Origin: an uncultured archaeon
Lineage (GTDB): Archaea > Asgardarchaeota > Heimdallarchaeia > Heimdallarchaeales > Heimdallarchaeaceae
DNA: 64,000 bases
Direction of reading: 5' to 3'
Assembly (NCBI GenBank): GCA_964534625.1
Contig: CAZHRF010000007.1
Location: forward strand, 11,170 to 75,169
Under the pieces are notes generated by a model, which had not been told where the DNA came from, did not search any database, and saw only the letters and a program-made list of their open reading frames with translations. Positions within the stretch are counted from its first letter, which is position 1. Every line of letters starts with the position of its first letter. The position numbers were made by a program, and so were the translations under genes. This document shows, piece by piece, positions 18,490 through 28,922 of this stretch.

Positions 18490-18596
18490 ATTAAGAATTC
18501 TTATTTGTGTGTTTCAATGCTCGTGCAATAAACGAAGAATCAGAAATCAGAAAAAAGAAAAATAAGCTTTTATACAGCTGAATCTAATGGTAATTA

Positions 18597-20228
18597 ATGA
18601 GGATTCGCAAAACTATTATTGTTCTAGTCCTATTTACCTTTTTATTTTTAAGCTTAAGATCTAGCAATCTTTCGAATAATCAGAGTGTAAATGCATGGGG
18701 TATACCCACACATCAGACTATTACTAGTCGCGCAATGCTGAATGTCGATGATGAATGGTTAGAGGCTTTTAATTACTATGCTCCAGAAGTACTTTCTGGT
18801 TGTACTTATCCAGATCAAGTATTGCAAGATTGGGAGAACCATCTTTACTATCCAGATCAACCCGATGCTTATAATGCCCATAAGCACATTAATAATACAG
18901 TTTATGGTATTCGAGCATACATTGAACAAGAAGATTGGTTAACTGCTTTCTTTTTGCTTGGGGTAGTTAGTCATTATACTGCTGATATTAATATTCCTGT
19001 TCATACCGATAGTTATTGGAGTGGACATCCAGCTTATGAAACCGATATAAACAACCATCTAGGTAGTTTAGAATATGAAACACACGATTTTGACCAAATC
19101 GATGATCCCGTTCAATTCATAGTTGAATGTGCTACTTATGCTCATCAATATTATTGGATAATTAGAGATGCGTATCCTACTGGTACTACAAAAAATATTG
19201 TGAATACTAATGAAACGATAAAAACTATAACAGAAGAGCAATTAGGACGTGCTATTGGAGCTATGAATGCCCTTTGGAATCTCACTCTTACGGGATATAC
19301 CCCGCCTGAAATTGAAGAATTAGAAAATGTCGCTACGGTTTTAATTGATGTTGGCCATGGTAATGATTATACAGAGGAAATGACTTCTTTAGTTGGAACT
19401 CTTGACAGAGATATTGTAGAAATAAACTATATTGATACTGAAATTACAGCTTATGATTTGATGGGGGTTGATCTTTTAATTATAACTGCTTTAGATGGAG
19501 AAAATGCTTTTACTGAAGACGAGATGGTTGTCATAAGTAATTGGTACAAAACTGGCAATCATATTCTTATGAGCTCTAGAGGTGATTATAATCACATCAA
19601 TTATGCTTCAATGAATCTGCTGTTAGAAAATATCAGCTCGCAAATGAGGATAAATGACGATAATGTTTATACCACAGATCCTGAAGCATATCAAGCATGG
19701 TACTGTCTAACCGATAATTACAATACTAATGCAAGCGTTGCAGATATTTTTGTGAATGTGACGCAGTCAATACGATTATTCTCTCCAAGTTCACTTTATG
19801 CTATAGACGAAACCAATATTGAATGGGTAGTGAAAGGTTCAGAATACTTTTATCAAGAAGATACCAACCCTCAGTCACCTGAAGTTACATATACTAATGG
19901 TTCTGAAATACCTATGGCAGGGCTTGAAAAGATGAATGATTCTTCAATAGCAATATTTGGATCAACAATATGGAGTGACTATGATTTTGGCTTAACTGAT
20001 AGAGATAATGTTTTACTTACTTTGAATACCATAGAACATCTTTTAGATATTGATCTTGTATCAAATGATGATCCAAGAAAAGAAGAGCCAACAATACCAT
20101 CAGAAACAGAAACAACAGCGGAAACAAAACCTGACGATCCAACCATAACACCAGGATATACAATATTCATTTCATTTATTGCAGTTAGTACAATCGTTTC
20201 AATAATGAGTATAAGAAAGAAGAGATGA
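18597..20228 (+). CDS. Secreted zinc phospholipase C / S1-P1 nuclease superfamily protein with PGF-CTERM-like anchor
   Basis: Signal peptide ending VNA, then WGIPTHQ, which would make Trp the first mature residue as in Zn-PLC/P1 nucleases. HYTADINIPVH metal-ligand block. C-terminal Thr/Pro-rich linker, then PGY, a TM helix and RKKR. Confidence 0.55.
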   Translation: MRIRKTIIVLVLFTFLFLSLRSSNLSNNQSVNAWGIPTHQTITSRAMLNVDDEWLEAFNYYAPEVLSGCTYPDQVLQDWENHLYYPDQPDAYNAHKHINNTVYGIRAYIEQEDWLTAFFLLGVVSHYTADINIPVHTDSYWSGHPAYETDINNHLGSLEYETHDFDQIDDPVQFIVECATYAHQYYWIIRDAYPTGTTKNIVNTNETIKTITEEQLGRAIGAMNALWNLTLTGYTPPEIEELENVATVLIDVGHGNDYTEEMTSLVGTLDRDIVEINYIDTEITAYDLMGVDLLIITALDGENAFTEDEMVVISNWYKTGNHILMSSRGDYNHINYASMNLLLENISSQMRINDDNVYTTDPEAYQAWYCLTDNYNTNASVADIFVNVTQSIRLFSPSSLYAIDETNIEWVVKGSEYFYQEDTNPQSPEVTYTNGSEIPMAGLEKMNDSSIAIFGSTIWSDYDFGLTDRDNVLLTLNTIEHLLDIDLVSNDDPRKEEPTIPSETETTAETKPDDPTITPGYTIFISFIAVSTIVSIMSIRKKR

Positions 20229-20346
20229 AAAAAAAAGAGACTCACAAATCAGTTTTGTTTTTCTTCTTTTTCTTCTTTGTCTTTTCTTGTGATCAAAAAA
20301 AATAAGTCGGGGATAGGTGATGTTGTCACCAGCGAGGCTTTTTCTT

Positions 20347-20399
20347 TTTTATTTGAACGTCTTCTTGAAAACCCCGTCCTTGAGGGTGGGGTAGTTCAT
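20347..20399 (+). repeat. Solo IS200/IS605-type hairpin element (hybrid of the LE and RE sequences of the element at 49.9-51.0 kb)
   Basis: TTTTATTTGAACGTCTTCTTGAAAACCCCGTCCTTGAGGGTGGGG matches 49862-49906 at all but 2 positions. The following TAGTTCAT matches the terminus at 50967-50974. The stem CCCCGTCC/GGGTGGGG (20372-20391) has a TTGA loop. Confidence 0.6.
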
Positions 20400-20405
20400 G
20401 TAATT

Positions 20406-21263
20406 CTAATCAAGGTGTTCTAATATATATCTATAGACCGAGCCCCAGATATAATTATCGTCTCGTTCTTTAACTTCGAAATTGTTGGTATGTAACCATT
20501 TTTTAAACGCTTGCTTTAATTCTTCATCATAGACGTTCTTCTTTTCACCTGTGTAAAAATCCTCTTTTCTGAGAATAGAAACTATATTCTCTAATACTTC
20601 TCCTTCTATTTTGAATTTATCTTCAGGATCGTCTCGTTTGAGCAATGAGAGATCGTATAGCTGGAAAACTCTTTTTAGCTCTTTGATTGGTGTTTCATGG
20701 TCATCAACGCGTATATCAATGTATTTATCGGTGCCCCCATCATAGGCTCCACTTTCTTTAACAATTAAAATGGCTGCGCTTTGTTTTCCTCTCCTATCAC
20801 CACCTGCTGCTTGAGCTGCTTCTAATGCAGCTAAAATACGATCTATTAAATCACCCTCAGTTTGTTCAAAAGTTTTAGACATGTCTTTAACAACTTGTTC
20901 AGAATCTAATATATTTCCTTGGCAACAGAAATTTTTACCAACATAGTGACCAGCCCAGTCAAAACATTCTTTCCCCGTAAAAGACGCAGCGTTACCATTT
21001 TTGTCAACAATACCAACTTGGCGGTGTTCTTTTCCCGAATCATGGTCAGTAAGAATTTTGATTACTTCTTCGGCCGCAAAATCTTGTTCTAACAAATTCA
21101 AACCTCTTGGACCATAGCTAGTATTAGCATACGCTTGGGATGCAATAGCTCCAACATTAGATTTGGCGAAAGGAACAATAGAACCAACAGCTATAAATTT
21201 AGATTGGACACCAACGCCCCATTCGTTATTTTTAGGATCATAAGCTACAATTGAGAATGTCAT
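20406..21263 (-). CDS. DUF1028 family (Ntn-hydrolase fold) protein
   Basis: N-terminal MTFSIVAYDPKNNEWGVGVQSKF is the family signature, with Thr2 as the putative nucleophile. C-terminal helical peptidoglycan-binding-like extension. Confidence 0.8.
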   Translation of the reverse strand: MTFSIVAYDPKNNEWGVGVQSKFIAVGSIVPFAKSNVGAIASQAYANTSYGPRGLNLLEQDFAAEEVIKILTDHDSGKEHRQVGIVDKNGNAASFTGKECFDWAGHYVGKNFCCQGNILDSEQVVKDMSKTFEQTEGDLIDRILAALEAAQAAGGDRRGKQSAAILIVKESGAYDGGTDKYIDIRVDDHETPIKELKRVFQLYDLSLLKRDDPEDKFKIEGEVLENIVSILRKEDFYTGEKKNVYDEELKQAFKKWLHTNNFEVKERDDNYIWGSVYRYILEHLD

Positions 21264-21503
21264 ACAAGATTATATTGACAGATGATGTTATTTAATCTTA
21301 TCCTAAACATGACATCAACAAAAAATTAATCCTAGATGAACAGAGAATCTTCGAAAGCTGTAATGTCAATAGACTTAGGTAGTAAATGAAGTCTTTCTGG
21401 TATTGGCTCATCCTTTATTAGCTCTTTATATTATTGGATCTTTAATGCATCAAAAAGCAACCGATAAATTTACAATATCAAAAAGAAAGAAGACTTAGAT
21501 ATT

Positions 21504-22421
21504 ATGTTAACAATAACTTCTATTGACCGAGATAAATGCATTAAATGTGAGCGATGTATTAGGGTATGCCCCGTTAAACTTTTTTCAGTTGAACGAGAAG
21601 ATGTCAATAAGCACATAATCTTTGATGATCCCCATGGACTTTGTATAAAATGTGGGCATTGTGTAAGTATCTGCCCTACTCAGGCTGTGAAATTTGAAGG
21701 AGAATCTCCCGTATATTTTGAAGAATCCAAGCATCCAGAGAAATTAATCTCTTATGATACTTTAATGAAATTTCTCAGAGCTAGACGGTCAGTAAGGATG
21801 TACAAAGATGAGAAAGTTCCGAAACAAGAAATAGAAAAAATTCTCCGCGCAATGAAATATGCTCCCACTGCAAGCAATAAACAAAAAAGAGAGTTTATAA
21901 TTATAACCGATGAAAAGGAAATCGCGTCATTAGCTGCTGAGGTACGAAAGATGATGTACAAAGCCAAAAAACTGCTCAAATGGGGACGTTTTATTGCTCC
22001 TTTTGTACCCGGAGAACTCAAAAAATTATTAAGAAGTGAGAGGACAAGGCATAATCTCAAAATATTTTTAGAAAGGACAGAACAAGGAGAAGATTTGATT
22101 TTTTTCCATGCACCATGTGTGATAATTTTACATAGTCCAAAATACGCTCATATGGCCGGAAATGATGCTGGGTTGGCTTTTACTCATGGTATGTTAGCTG
22201 CTCAGTCATTAGGACTAGGTACATGTTGGATCGGATATGCACAAGAGTATATTTGGAGAACACCTTCATTAAAGAAAGAACTAGGAATACCTAAAAAACA
22301 TGAAGTATATGGGGTAATGATTGTAGGGTATCCAGAATATTCATTTCACGCAGTACCCCCAAGAAGACCTCTTAAAGTTAAGTGGATAGACGAGGAAGAA
22401 AAAAGGAATCAATCTATTTGA
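21504..22421 (+). CDS. Nitroreductase-family protein with N-terminal 2x[4Fe-4S] ferredoxin domain
   Basis: CIKCERCIRVCP and CIKCGHCVSICP motifs, followed by a nitroreductase core (RRSVRMY...APTASNKQ). Confidence 0.85.
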   Translation: MLTITSIDRDKCIKCERCIRVCPVKLFSVEREDVNKHIIFDDPHGLCIKCGHCVSICPTQAVKFEGESPVYFEESKHPEKLISYDTLMKFLRARRSVRMYKDEKVPKQEIEKILRAMKYAPTASNKQKREFIIITDEKEIASLAAEVRKMMYKAKKLLKWGRFIAPFVPGELKKLLRSERTRHNLKIFLERTEQGEDLIFFHAPCVIILHSPKYAHMAGNDAGLAFTHGMLAAQSLGLGTCWIGYAQEYIWRTPSLKKELGIPKKHEVYGVMIVGYPEYSFHAVPPRRPLKVKWIDEEEKRNQSI

Positions 22422-22436
22422 TTTGAGAATGATTCT

Positions 22437-23807
22437 TTAATAATCAGATTCTTGGTTATGATCCCTTTTCTTTTTTAGAGGTGTAACTAATAAAGTACCC
22501 GCTTTTTCTAAGTTGCGGATAGAAATTATTTTGAAAATTTTACCTAATGGGCGGAGAATTGTTCCCCCTATTATTGGCTCTTTTACAAAGATAAATAGTA
22601 TTGTTCCTAATAATCTTATTATTCCACTGATAATAAACATTATAATAAATAGTTCAGCAGTAAATTGCAATATTAATCCTCCTAAAATCGGCCCTAAAAA
22701 TGATGCCATTGAACTAACTGCATTAATAATTGCAAGTTGTAATGTACGTCGCCGAGGATGAATAATATCAATAATCAAGCCGGTTAAGGCACCATTGATG
22801 AAACCCCAGGCTGCACCATTAATAATCCAAAGAGTAAGTAAAAAGTAAAATACTTCATTAATAGGGAAAAAATAAGGCAATACATAAATTAAAGGAAAAA
22901 ATGACGTAAAGCTGGAACTAATAATCAAAAGTTCTTTTTTCCTTATTCTATGGATAAATCTTGCAGTTAACAATGAGGTTAACATTTGGGGAAATAATCC
23001 AACAGCTGAAATCAAAGAAATCCTAAAGATATCTAAGTTATAGAACAGCCCATTATAAATGATATAAAAGGGAGCTGAAAGATGCACTCCAAAAACAAAA
23101 ATAAAACTTACTGCAGTCAAGATTCCAAAGTTCTTGTCTGTTTTCATTATTGCAAAGATATTATCTAAACTTATGTCAACCTCTTCTATTTCCGCCCATT
23201 GTTTTTTTTTCTGTAATTTTTCTTGAGAAGGAACAGCTAGATAAAACAAGATTGCTGATATAATAGATAGAGTGCCCGCTAATAAAAAAAGGATTTTAAA
23301 TCCTATTTCTTCAACAAAATATGTGAGTATAAGTCCAGCAGAGAGAATACCTATTAAAGCACCAAAAACCATGAAAAATTGTCCGAGACTGTTCCAGAAT
23401 GCATAATCCTTTCTTTTGGTTCTTCCTACAAGAAGAGCTGAAGAGGTAGGTATTGATCCTGAGGTAAAAAGACTCTGACTTGCCCGAAGCGCAATAAAAA
23501 CTCCAACACGTTGTGTAAGTAAATAAATATAATAGAAAATAGAGGAGATAAAATTAGTAAAAATAGCAATTATTCTAATTTTATGATACTTTTCTGCTAT
23601 TTTAGCCCAAAAGATTTGTACAATATTTAATAGACTGGATATTGATACTAAAAAACCTATTAGAGTACTATTGGCACCTAGGTAAGTTGCATATAATGGA
23701 ATAAATGGTGAGATCATGGATTCAGCTGTTGCTTTAGTTGCAGTTGAACTGAACCAGCTGAAAGGTTTAATATTGCTCGCTTTGTTCTTCTTTTCTTGAA
23801 CAGCCAT
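22437..23807 (-). CDS. MFS transporter
   Basis: About 12 TM helices in a 6+6 arrangement with a central loop (QEKLQKKKQWAEIEE). Confidence 0.7.
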   Translation of the reverse strand: MAVQEKKNKASNIKPFSWFSSTATKATAESMISPFIPLYATYLGANSTLIGFLVSISSLLNIVQIFWAKIAEKYHKIRIIAIFTNFISSIFYYIYLLTQRVGVFIALRASQSLFTSGSIPTSSALLVGRTKRKDYAFWNSLGQFFMVFGALIGILSAGLILTYFVEEIGFKILFLLAGTLSIISAILFYLAVPSQEKLQKKKQWAEIEEVDISLDNIFAIMKTDKNFGILTAVSFIFVFGVHLSAPFYIIYNGLFYNLDIFRISLISAVGLFPQMLTSLLTARFIHRIRKKELLIISSSFTSFFPLIYVLPYFFPINEVFYFLLTLWIINGAAWGFINGALTGLIIDIIHPRRRTLQLAIINAVSSMASFLGPILGGLILQFTAELFIIMFIISGIIRLLGTILFIFVKEPIIGGTILRPLGKIFKIISIRNLEKAGTLLVTPLKKKRDHNQESDY

Positions 23808-23993
23808 ACTATCAAATCCTTGGGATTAATTACTTCTATATGCGATTTATGTTTTAATTCTTAAACTTTTATAATGAGTAGAAGGTTTTATGTTTGGTTT
23901 TCATTAGATATCAATGCCAAAAATAGAGAGATCGATGATAAATTTTTGATACAACATAGTTTTTTAAAGTTTGAAAAAAGAAGTTTCAATGGA

Positions 23994-24701
23994 ATGGTTA
24001 GAATGTCTGATAATTTAACAATAGCAGCTGTTTTTGCTCATCCTGATGATGAACTTGGCGTAGTTGGAACATTAAGCAATCATGTGGAGGCTGGAGATAA
24101 AGCATATGTGATATTATTAACCAAAGGAGAAAATGCCTCCACTTTATGCTGTTCTCCTGATGAGATCGTAGAGACAAGAAAGAGTCATGCAAAAGAAATA
24201 GAGCAGATATTAGGTGTGGAATATCGTTTTTTAGATATACCGGATTCAGCTGTTTCTCCAACAGTTGAAAATGCAAAAAAGCTAGCTTCATTATTTAAGG
24301 AAATCAAGCCACAAGTAGTAATAACTTGGGACAAATCACCTCAAATGGGTCATGGGCATCCAGATCATAGATACACATATGATGTTTGTTTGGATGCTTT
24401 ATCGTATATGCGATATAAAAATAATGATGACAAATATGAACCATATAGAGAAAAAGTTAGTTTTTACACTTTGGCCCATTCGTTGGGGCTAAATAATCAA
24501 GGAGTAACATTTGTTGATGTTAGTTCTCAGGTAGATAACATTAAAAAATTCATAAATGTGTATCAAAAAGCGTATGGAAACTGGGATGTATGGGGGTTCA
24601 AACAATCACTGATGAAAATGTTTGGAAGATTAGCAGGCACAAGTTATGCTGAAGGATTCAAAAAAATTATCTGGAGAAAGCCTAGAATGTTACTGGATTA
24701 A
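23994..24701 (+). CDS. PIG-L/LmbE family deacetylase
   Basis: AVFAHPDDELG motif plus the downstream HPDH block. The ORF track starts at 23874, but the internal Met (MVRMSDN, nt 23994) fits family length better. Confidence 0.8.
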   Translation: MVRMSDNLTIAAVFAHPDDELGVVGTLSNHVEAGDKAYVILLTKGENASTLCCSPDEIVETRKSHAKEIEQILGVEYRFLDIPDSAVSPTVENAKKLASLFKEIKPQVVITWDKSPQMGHGHPDHRYTYDVCLDALSYMRYKNNDDKYEPYREKVSFYTLAHSLGLNNQGVTFVDVSSQVDNIKKFINVYQKAYGNWDVWGFKQSLMKMFGRLAGTSYAEGFKKIIWRKPRMLLD

Positions 24702-24722
24702 TCTTTCCTTTTTTTTCCTTTG

Positions 24723-27065
24723 TTATTTGTCGAAAATAATGTAATTGACTTTGTCTTTTCCTAAAAAGTTTAGTTTACCTATATTGACAAATTGTTTTTT
24801 CTTTCCTTCTCTTTCTAATTTTATGTGCCATGTATTAGCATTTTGTTTTTGTGCTTTTATCTTGATATATTCATATTCACCTTTCTCAAAAGCTTTAGAC
24901 TGACCATCATCCAGATATATTTCACCTTCAGCATAGTTTTTCCCCACTATAAGCAAATCAATTTCTGAGTTTAACATTTCTTCAGTATTTTGTATTTCTT
25001 TAGTTATCATGGGAATTATAGATCCTTCTTTAATGAAAATTGGGATTACACTAAGAGGTGCTTGTATGGTATGCACTTGTTTTCCTTCATATATTCGCTC
25101 GTTAAACATATGCCAAGTTCCTTCGGGGAGATAGATCTCTCTTTCTTCTGCTCCTTTTTCCATAATAGGAGCAACTATAATTTGATTACCTAGTACATAT
25201 TCCGTCTCTGCCCACTGTTGTTTATGTGCTTCTCTATCAATAATTGAGTTATACCATAGGGGTCTCATTGCAGGAATACCTGATAGGCATGTTTCTCTAA
25301 TTACAGTATAAATGTAAGGTAAGAATTTATACCGTAGTTGAATAGTTTCACGAATCACCTTCTCATGCTCTTCCCCATATAACCAAGGTTCCTGAGAACA
25401 ATTTTTTATTGTATGGTTACGATAAAAAGGGAACAAGATGGCAGCTTGATACCATCGGGCAAGTAATTCACCAGAAGGTTTCCCTACAAAACCCCCGATA
25501 TCCGGACCGATTATTACTTGACCGCTTAAAGACATATTTAGAAGCATTGGAATACATAATCGCAAATGGTTCCATTCAGAAATATTATCTCCTGTCCAAC
25601 TTCCTGCGTATTTTTGTGTAGATAAAAATGCTGAACGAGTAAGGATAAAAATACGTTTATTCGGTAAAAGTTTTGTCAATCCTTGGTAGACAGATTTTGC
25701 CATTAGATGCCCATATAAGTTGTGGATATCTTTATGTTGTAGATTCTTTCCTTCAGCAGGATGGATAGCATCATCGGGAATTGTACCTGAGGAATTGAAT
25801 AGGCTTGGATCATTCATATCTATCCAAAAAGCTCTAACACCAACTTCAGTTAATTTGTTAAAATGACTACCAAACCAATCTCTTGTTTTTGATTGGACAA
25901 AATCAGGAAAATGGCAGGGACCTGGCCAAACCTTTCCCACATAAGGCTTTCCATCTTGATCCAGAATAAAGTGGTTGTCTTTTATTCCTTCTGCATACAA
26001 CTCATATTCTGGTTCTATTTTAATTCCAGGATCAGTCATGGCCATAATATGAAATCCTTGTGAATTAAGATCTGAAATCATTTTTGGTGGAGTAGGAAAT
26101 TTTTCTCTATCCCATGTGAAGATCTTATAATTGTCCATATAATCGATATCTAAATGGATAAAATCACAAGGTATCTTTTTTGTTCTAAACGTGTTCGCGA
26201 GATTTCTTACATCTTCTTCTGGATAATAACTCCATTTACTTTGATGATTACCCAATACCGATATGGGCGGTAAAGGGGATTTACCTAATACATCTGCCAA
26301 TTTTTGATACAATATGTTGATATCGGGGGCAACAACGAGTAATAGATCAGCGTTGTTAGATTCTATGAAGTATTGTATTTGTATTGTATCTTCTTTTTTT
26401 TCTGTTTTTATTTGACTTCTTTGAGGATTATCATAAATAATTGAATAACAGAGATTATTTCCTATTCCAATCAAAATAGGTTGAGATTGATAAAGATGGT
26501 CAAATTTTCTACTATACGCAATGCTATCTGTGTTCCAAAAAGAAGTGGTTGTATTTGTTTTTTCTAAAGAACTGGTATTTTCGCCTAAACCATAGATAAG
26601 ATTATTTGGATCAACTTCTATTTGTATTTGCATCCATTTTTCTGTATTTTTTAATGTCAGATCGGAGATGAATGTGTTTTCTCTGCATATCACAGAAAAC
26701 CTACGTTCATCTATTTGAAATTCTGTTTCATTATCTTTTGAAACAAGTTTATCCTTCTTTAAATTCATCTTGTTTAAATCATCATTTTTAATCAAAGACC
26801 AAAACTTGGGAGAGGATCTTTTTTTGCTGGTAAAAGTTAATTTATAGATAAAATTATCTTGTATGGCATTAATTGATAGAAGATAATCATCAAAAGCTAT
26901 TTCATGCCATTCTTCTTTTTCTATCATCTGTCCTTGTATGCTTTGAATATTCCATTCTGTTGGAGGATTAACCGCATTATACTTGTTTATACTCCTCCTA
27001 AAAGCCTTTAATCCCAATTTAACAAGAAAAAGAGGTAACTTTCCTATAATCTCTACACTAACCAT
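24723..27065 (-). CDS. Glycoside hydrolase family 31 alpha-glucosidase
   Basis: Catalytic-region signatures FWIDMNDPS and GSWTGDNISEW. About 780 aa, typical of GH31. Confidence 0.9.
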   Translation of the reverse strand: MVSVEIIGKLPLFLVKLGLKAFRRSINKYNAVNPPTEWNIQSIQGQMIEKEEWHEIAFDDYLLSINAIQDNFIYKLTFTSKKRSSPKFWSLIKNDDLNKMNLKKDKLVSKDNETEFQIDERRFSVICRENTFISDLTLKNTEKWMQIQIEVDPNNLIYGLGENTSSLEKTNTTTSFWNTDSIAYSRKFDHLYQSQPILIGIGNNLCYSIIYDNPQRSQIKTEKKEDTIQIQYFIESNNADLLLVVAPDINILYQKLADVLGKSPLPPISVLGNHQSKWSYYPEEDVRNLANTFRTKKIPCDFIHLDIDYMDNYKIFTWDREKFPTPPKMISDLNSQGFHIMAMTDPGIKIEPEYELYAEGIKDNHFILDQDGKPYVGKVWPGPCHFPDFVQSKTRDWFGSHFNKLTEVGVRAFWIDMNDPSLFNSSGTIPDDAIHPAEGKNLQHKDIHNLYGHLMAKSVYQGLTKLLPNKRIFILTRSAFLSTQKYAGSWTGDNISEWNHLRLCIPMLLNMSLSGQVIIGPDIGGFVGKPSGELLARWYQAAILFPFYRNHTIKNCSQEPWLYGEEHEKVIRETIQLRYKFLPYIYTVIRETCLSGIPAMRPLWYNSIIDREAHKQQWAETEYVLGNQIIVAPIMEKGAEEREIYLPEGTWHMFNERIYEGKQVHTIQAPLSVIPIFIKEGSIIPMITKEIQNTEEMLNSEIDLLIVGKNYAEGEIYLDDGQSKAFEKGEYEYIKIKAQKQNANTWHIKLEREGKKKQFVNIGKLNFLGKDKVNYIIFDK

Positions 27066-27129
27066 AATTAAACATAAACAAAGTATTAAAAAAACCTTTT
27101 TGCCTTATTTGCGTGCTAAGTTTCTAACT

Positions 27130-27654
27130 TTAAAATCCTACATAAATTTGAAAGATTAATGCACCTAAAAAAGATATCAAAGAGATAGTTGCAGCAGAGA
27201 ATGAGTTAACAGGAAGTACTTTCAATTCAATCGTAAATTTATTATTGAAAGGAGCAAGTGGTTTCATTTTTCCTGACAGTAAATCAATAACAAAATGAGC
27301 TAGAAAGCAACTTATGGCAAGTATCATTAATTCCGGGTAAAATCCTGTAAGCACAAAAATCAAATAACTGAATACACTCACTAGTAGTATGCCAAACGGC
27401 TCATGCATAAATGTATGATAACAATGTCTGTCCTTGTCATCTTCAAGGGTTCTAAAGTAGAGCTTAATTAATTGCGGAATATTCCATATTTGTGCTTCTG
27501 GGAACCTTTTTTTGTAATGGTACACATGATCATAATCTATAAGAACACCGAAAACGAATATAACGAGAATGAGTAAGGGGAGAGGGACAAAATAAAATTG
27601 ATTAAAGATAAGACCAATTAACACACTGATACTCCCATGGGTAACAGAATCCAT
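27130..27654 (-). CDS. YdjM/DUF457-like membrane-bound metal-dependent hydrolase
   Basis: N-terminal MDSVTHG, conserved His/Asp in TM segments (DYDHVYH, HFVIDLLSG). Confidence 0.6.
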   Translation of the reverse strand: MDSVTHGSISVLIGLIFNQFYFVPLPLLILVIFVFGVLIDYDHVYHYKKRFPEAQIWNIPQLIKLYFRTLEDDKDRHCYHTFMHEPFGILLVSVFSYLIFVLTGFYPELMILAISCFLAHFVIDLLSGKMKPLAPFNNKFTIELKVLPVNSFSAATISLISFLGALIFQIYVGF

Positions 27655-27731
27655 TGTTTTTAGGTTTCTTAAGATTGTTATAAAATTTCTGCTTCAACTA
27701 AATCACAAAAGGAAGAATTTTATGATATAAA

Positions 27732-28202
27732 ATGTGTATGTTCTTTATGCCTTCCTGTGGTGATTTTGATAAGATCATTTCCAATCCTCAAGAGGGAATG
27801 AAAAAAAGAAAACTAGCCTTGCAAAAACTAATTGAAATGGGGTGTTTATCTTCATTGTATAAACATACTGATTCTTATGCTAGGATTAGATGGATTCGTT
27901 ATTATTCGCTTATTGCTTTAGTACGTTTTGCAAGTATTAATTTAGATGCTGAAGAGGTAGCTATTGTGATTAATAAGGATGAAATTCTTCTTAAATCCCA
28001 AGAAGATAGATTGAAATTACGTAAACAAGCAGCAAGGTACTTATTCATTTTTTGTGTCAAAAAGAACAAACCTTCAAAAATGAAGATTCAAGCAATTAAT
28101 GGGTTAGTAAATGGCAATCATAGGGAATATTTAGATGAATTACTCCAATCAGCTGATGTAGAAGAGTCAGTAAAAAGCAAAATCAAAAAATATACGAATT
28201 AA
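27732..28202 (+). CDS. Hypothetical protein (helical, HEAT-like)
   Basis: ORF only. Helical repeat-like composition. Confidence 0.35.
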   Translation: MCMFFMPSCGDFDKIISNPQEGMKKRKLALQKLIEMGCLSSLYKHTDSYARIRWIRYYSLIALVRFASINLDAEEVAIVINKDEILLKSQEDRLKLRKQAARYLFIFCVKKNKPSKMKIQAINGLVNGNHREYLDELLQSADVEESVKSKIKKYTN

Positions 28203-28294
28203 AACGCTATTTATTGCACTCATGAACATTTTTCTCAATCTACAACAGTCCTTATTTCACTTGATGTCAAAAATTTAAAAAACATTACCTCTCA

Positions 28295-28861
28295 TTGTTT
28301 CATATGACGTATTATTTTGAAAAAGCTGGAGATCATACAACTAAAGTGTTTGAATTAGTACAAAAACGAATAGAACAAGGGGATATACACCATTTAGTGT
28401 TGGCAACAACAAGAGGTGAGACAGCTCTAAAAGCGTCTGAATTCTTCAAAGATTTATCTATCCCTATCATTGCTGTTACCCATCAAGCTGGTTTTAGAGA
28501 GCCAGGAGGTATGGAAATATCTACAGAGGTTATTAATACTTTAGAAGAACGGGGAATTACTGTTCTCACCACCACTCATGCCTTAGCTGGAGTTGGTCGG
28601 GCTATACGAAAAAAACATGGAACATGGCAAATCTCCGAACTTATCGCTGATAGTCTAAGAATTTTTGGTCAAGGTACAAAAGTCTGTGTAGAAATTATTT
28701 TAATGGCTGCTGATGCAGGATTAATAGATATAAAAGACACTATTGCTATTGGTGGAACAGGATGGGCTGCTGACACAGCTTGGGTAATAACACCCGCACA
28801 TACTAATAATTTCTTTGATATGAAAATAAAAGAACTTATATGTAAACCAAAGAGTTTCTGA
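28295..28861 (+). CDS. Pyruvate kinase C-terminal (alpha/beta) domain-like protein
   Basis: Pattern HLVLATTRGETALK...IIAVTHQAGF...VLTTTHALAGVGR resembles the stand-alone PK_C-like family conserved in archaea. Confidence 0.5.
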   Translation: MFHMTYYFEKAGDHTTKVFELVQKRIEQGDIHHLVLATTRGETALKASEFFKDLSIPIIAVTHQAGFREPGGMEISTEVINTLEERGITVLTTTHALAGVGRAIRKKHGTWQISELIADSLRIFGQGTKVCVEIILMAADAGLIDIKDTIAIGGTGWAADTAWVITPAHTNNFFDMKIKELICKPKSF

Positions 28862-28922
28862 ATCCCTTTGTATATTAAACGATACTCTAATAATTGTTCA
28901 TAAGTAAAACAAAGGTGTAAAA

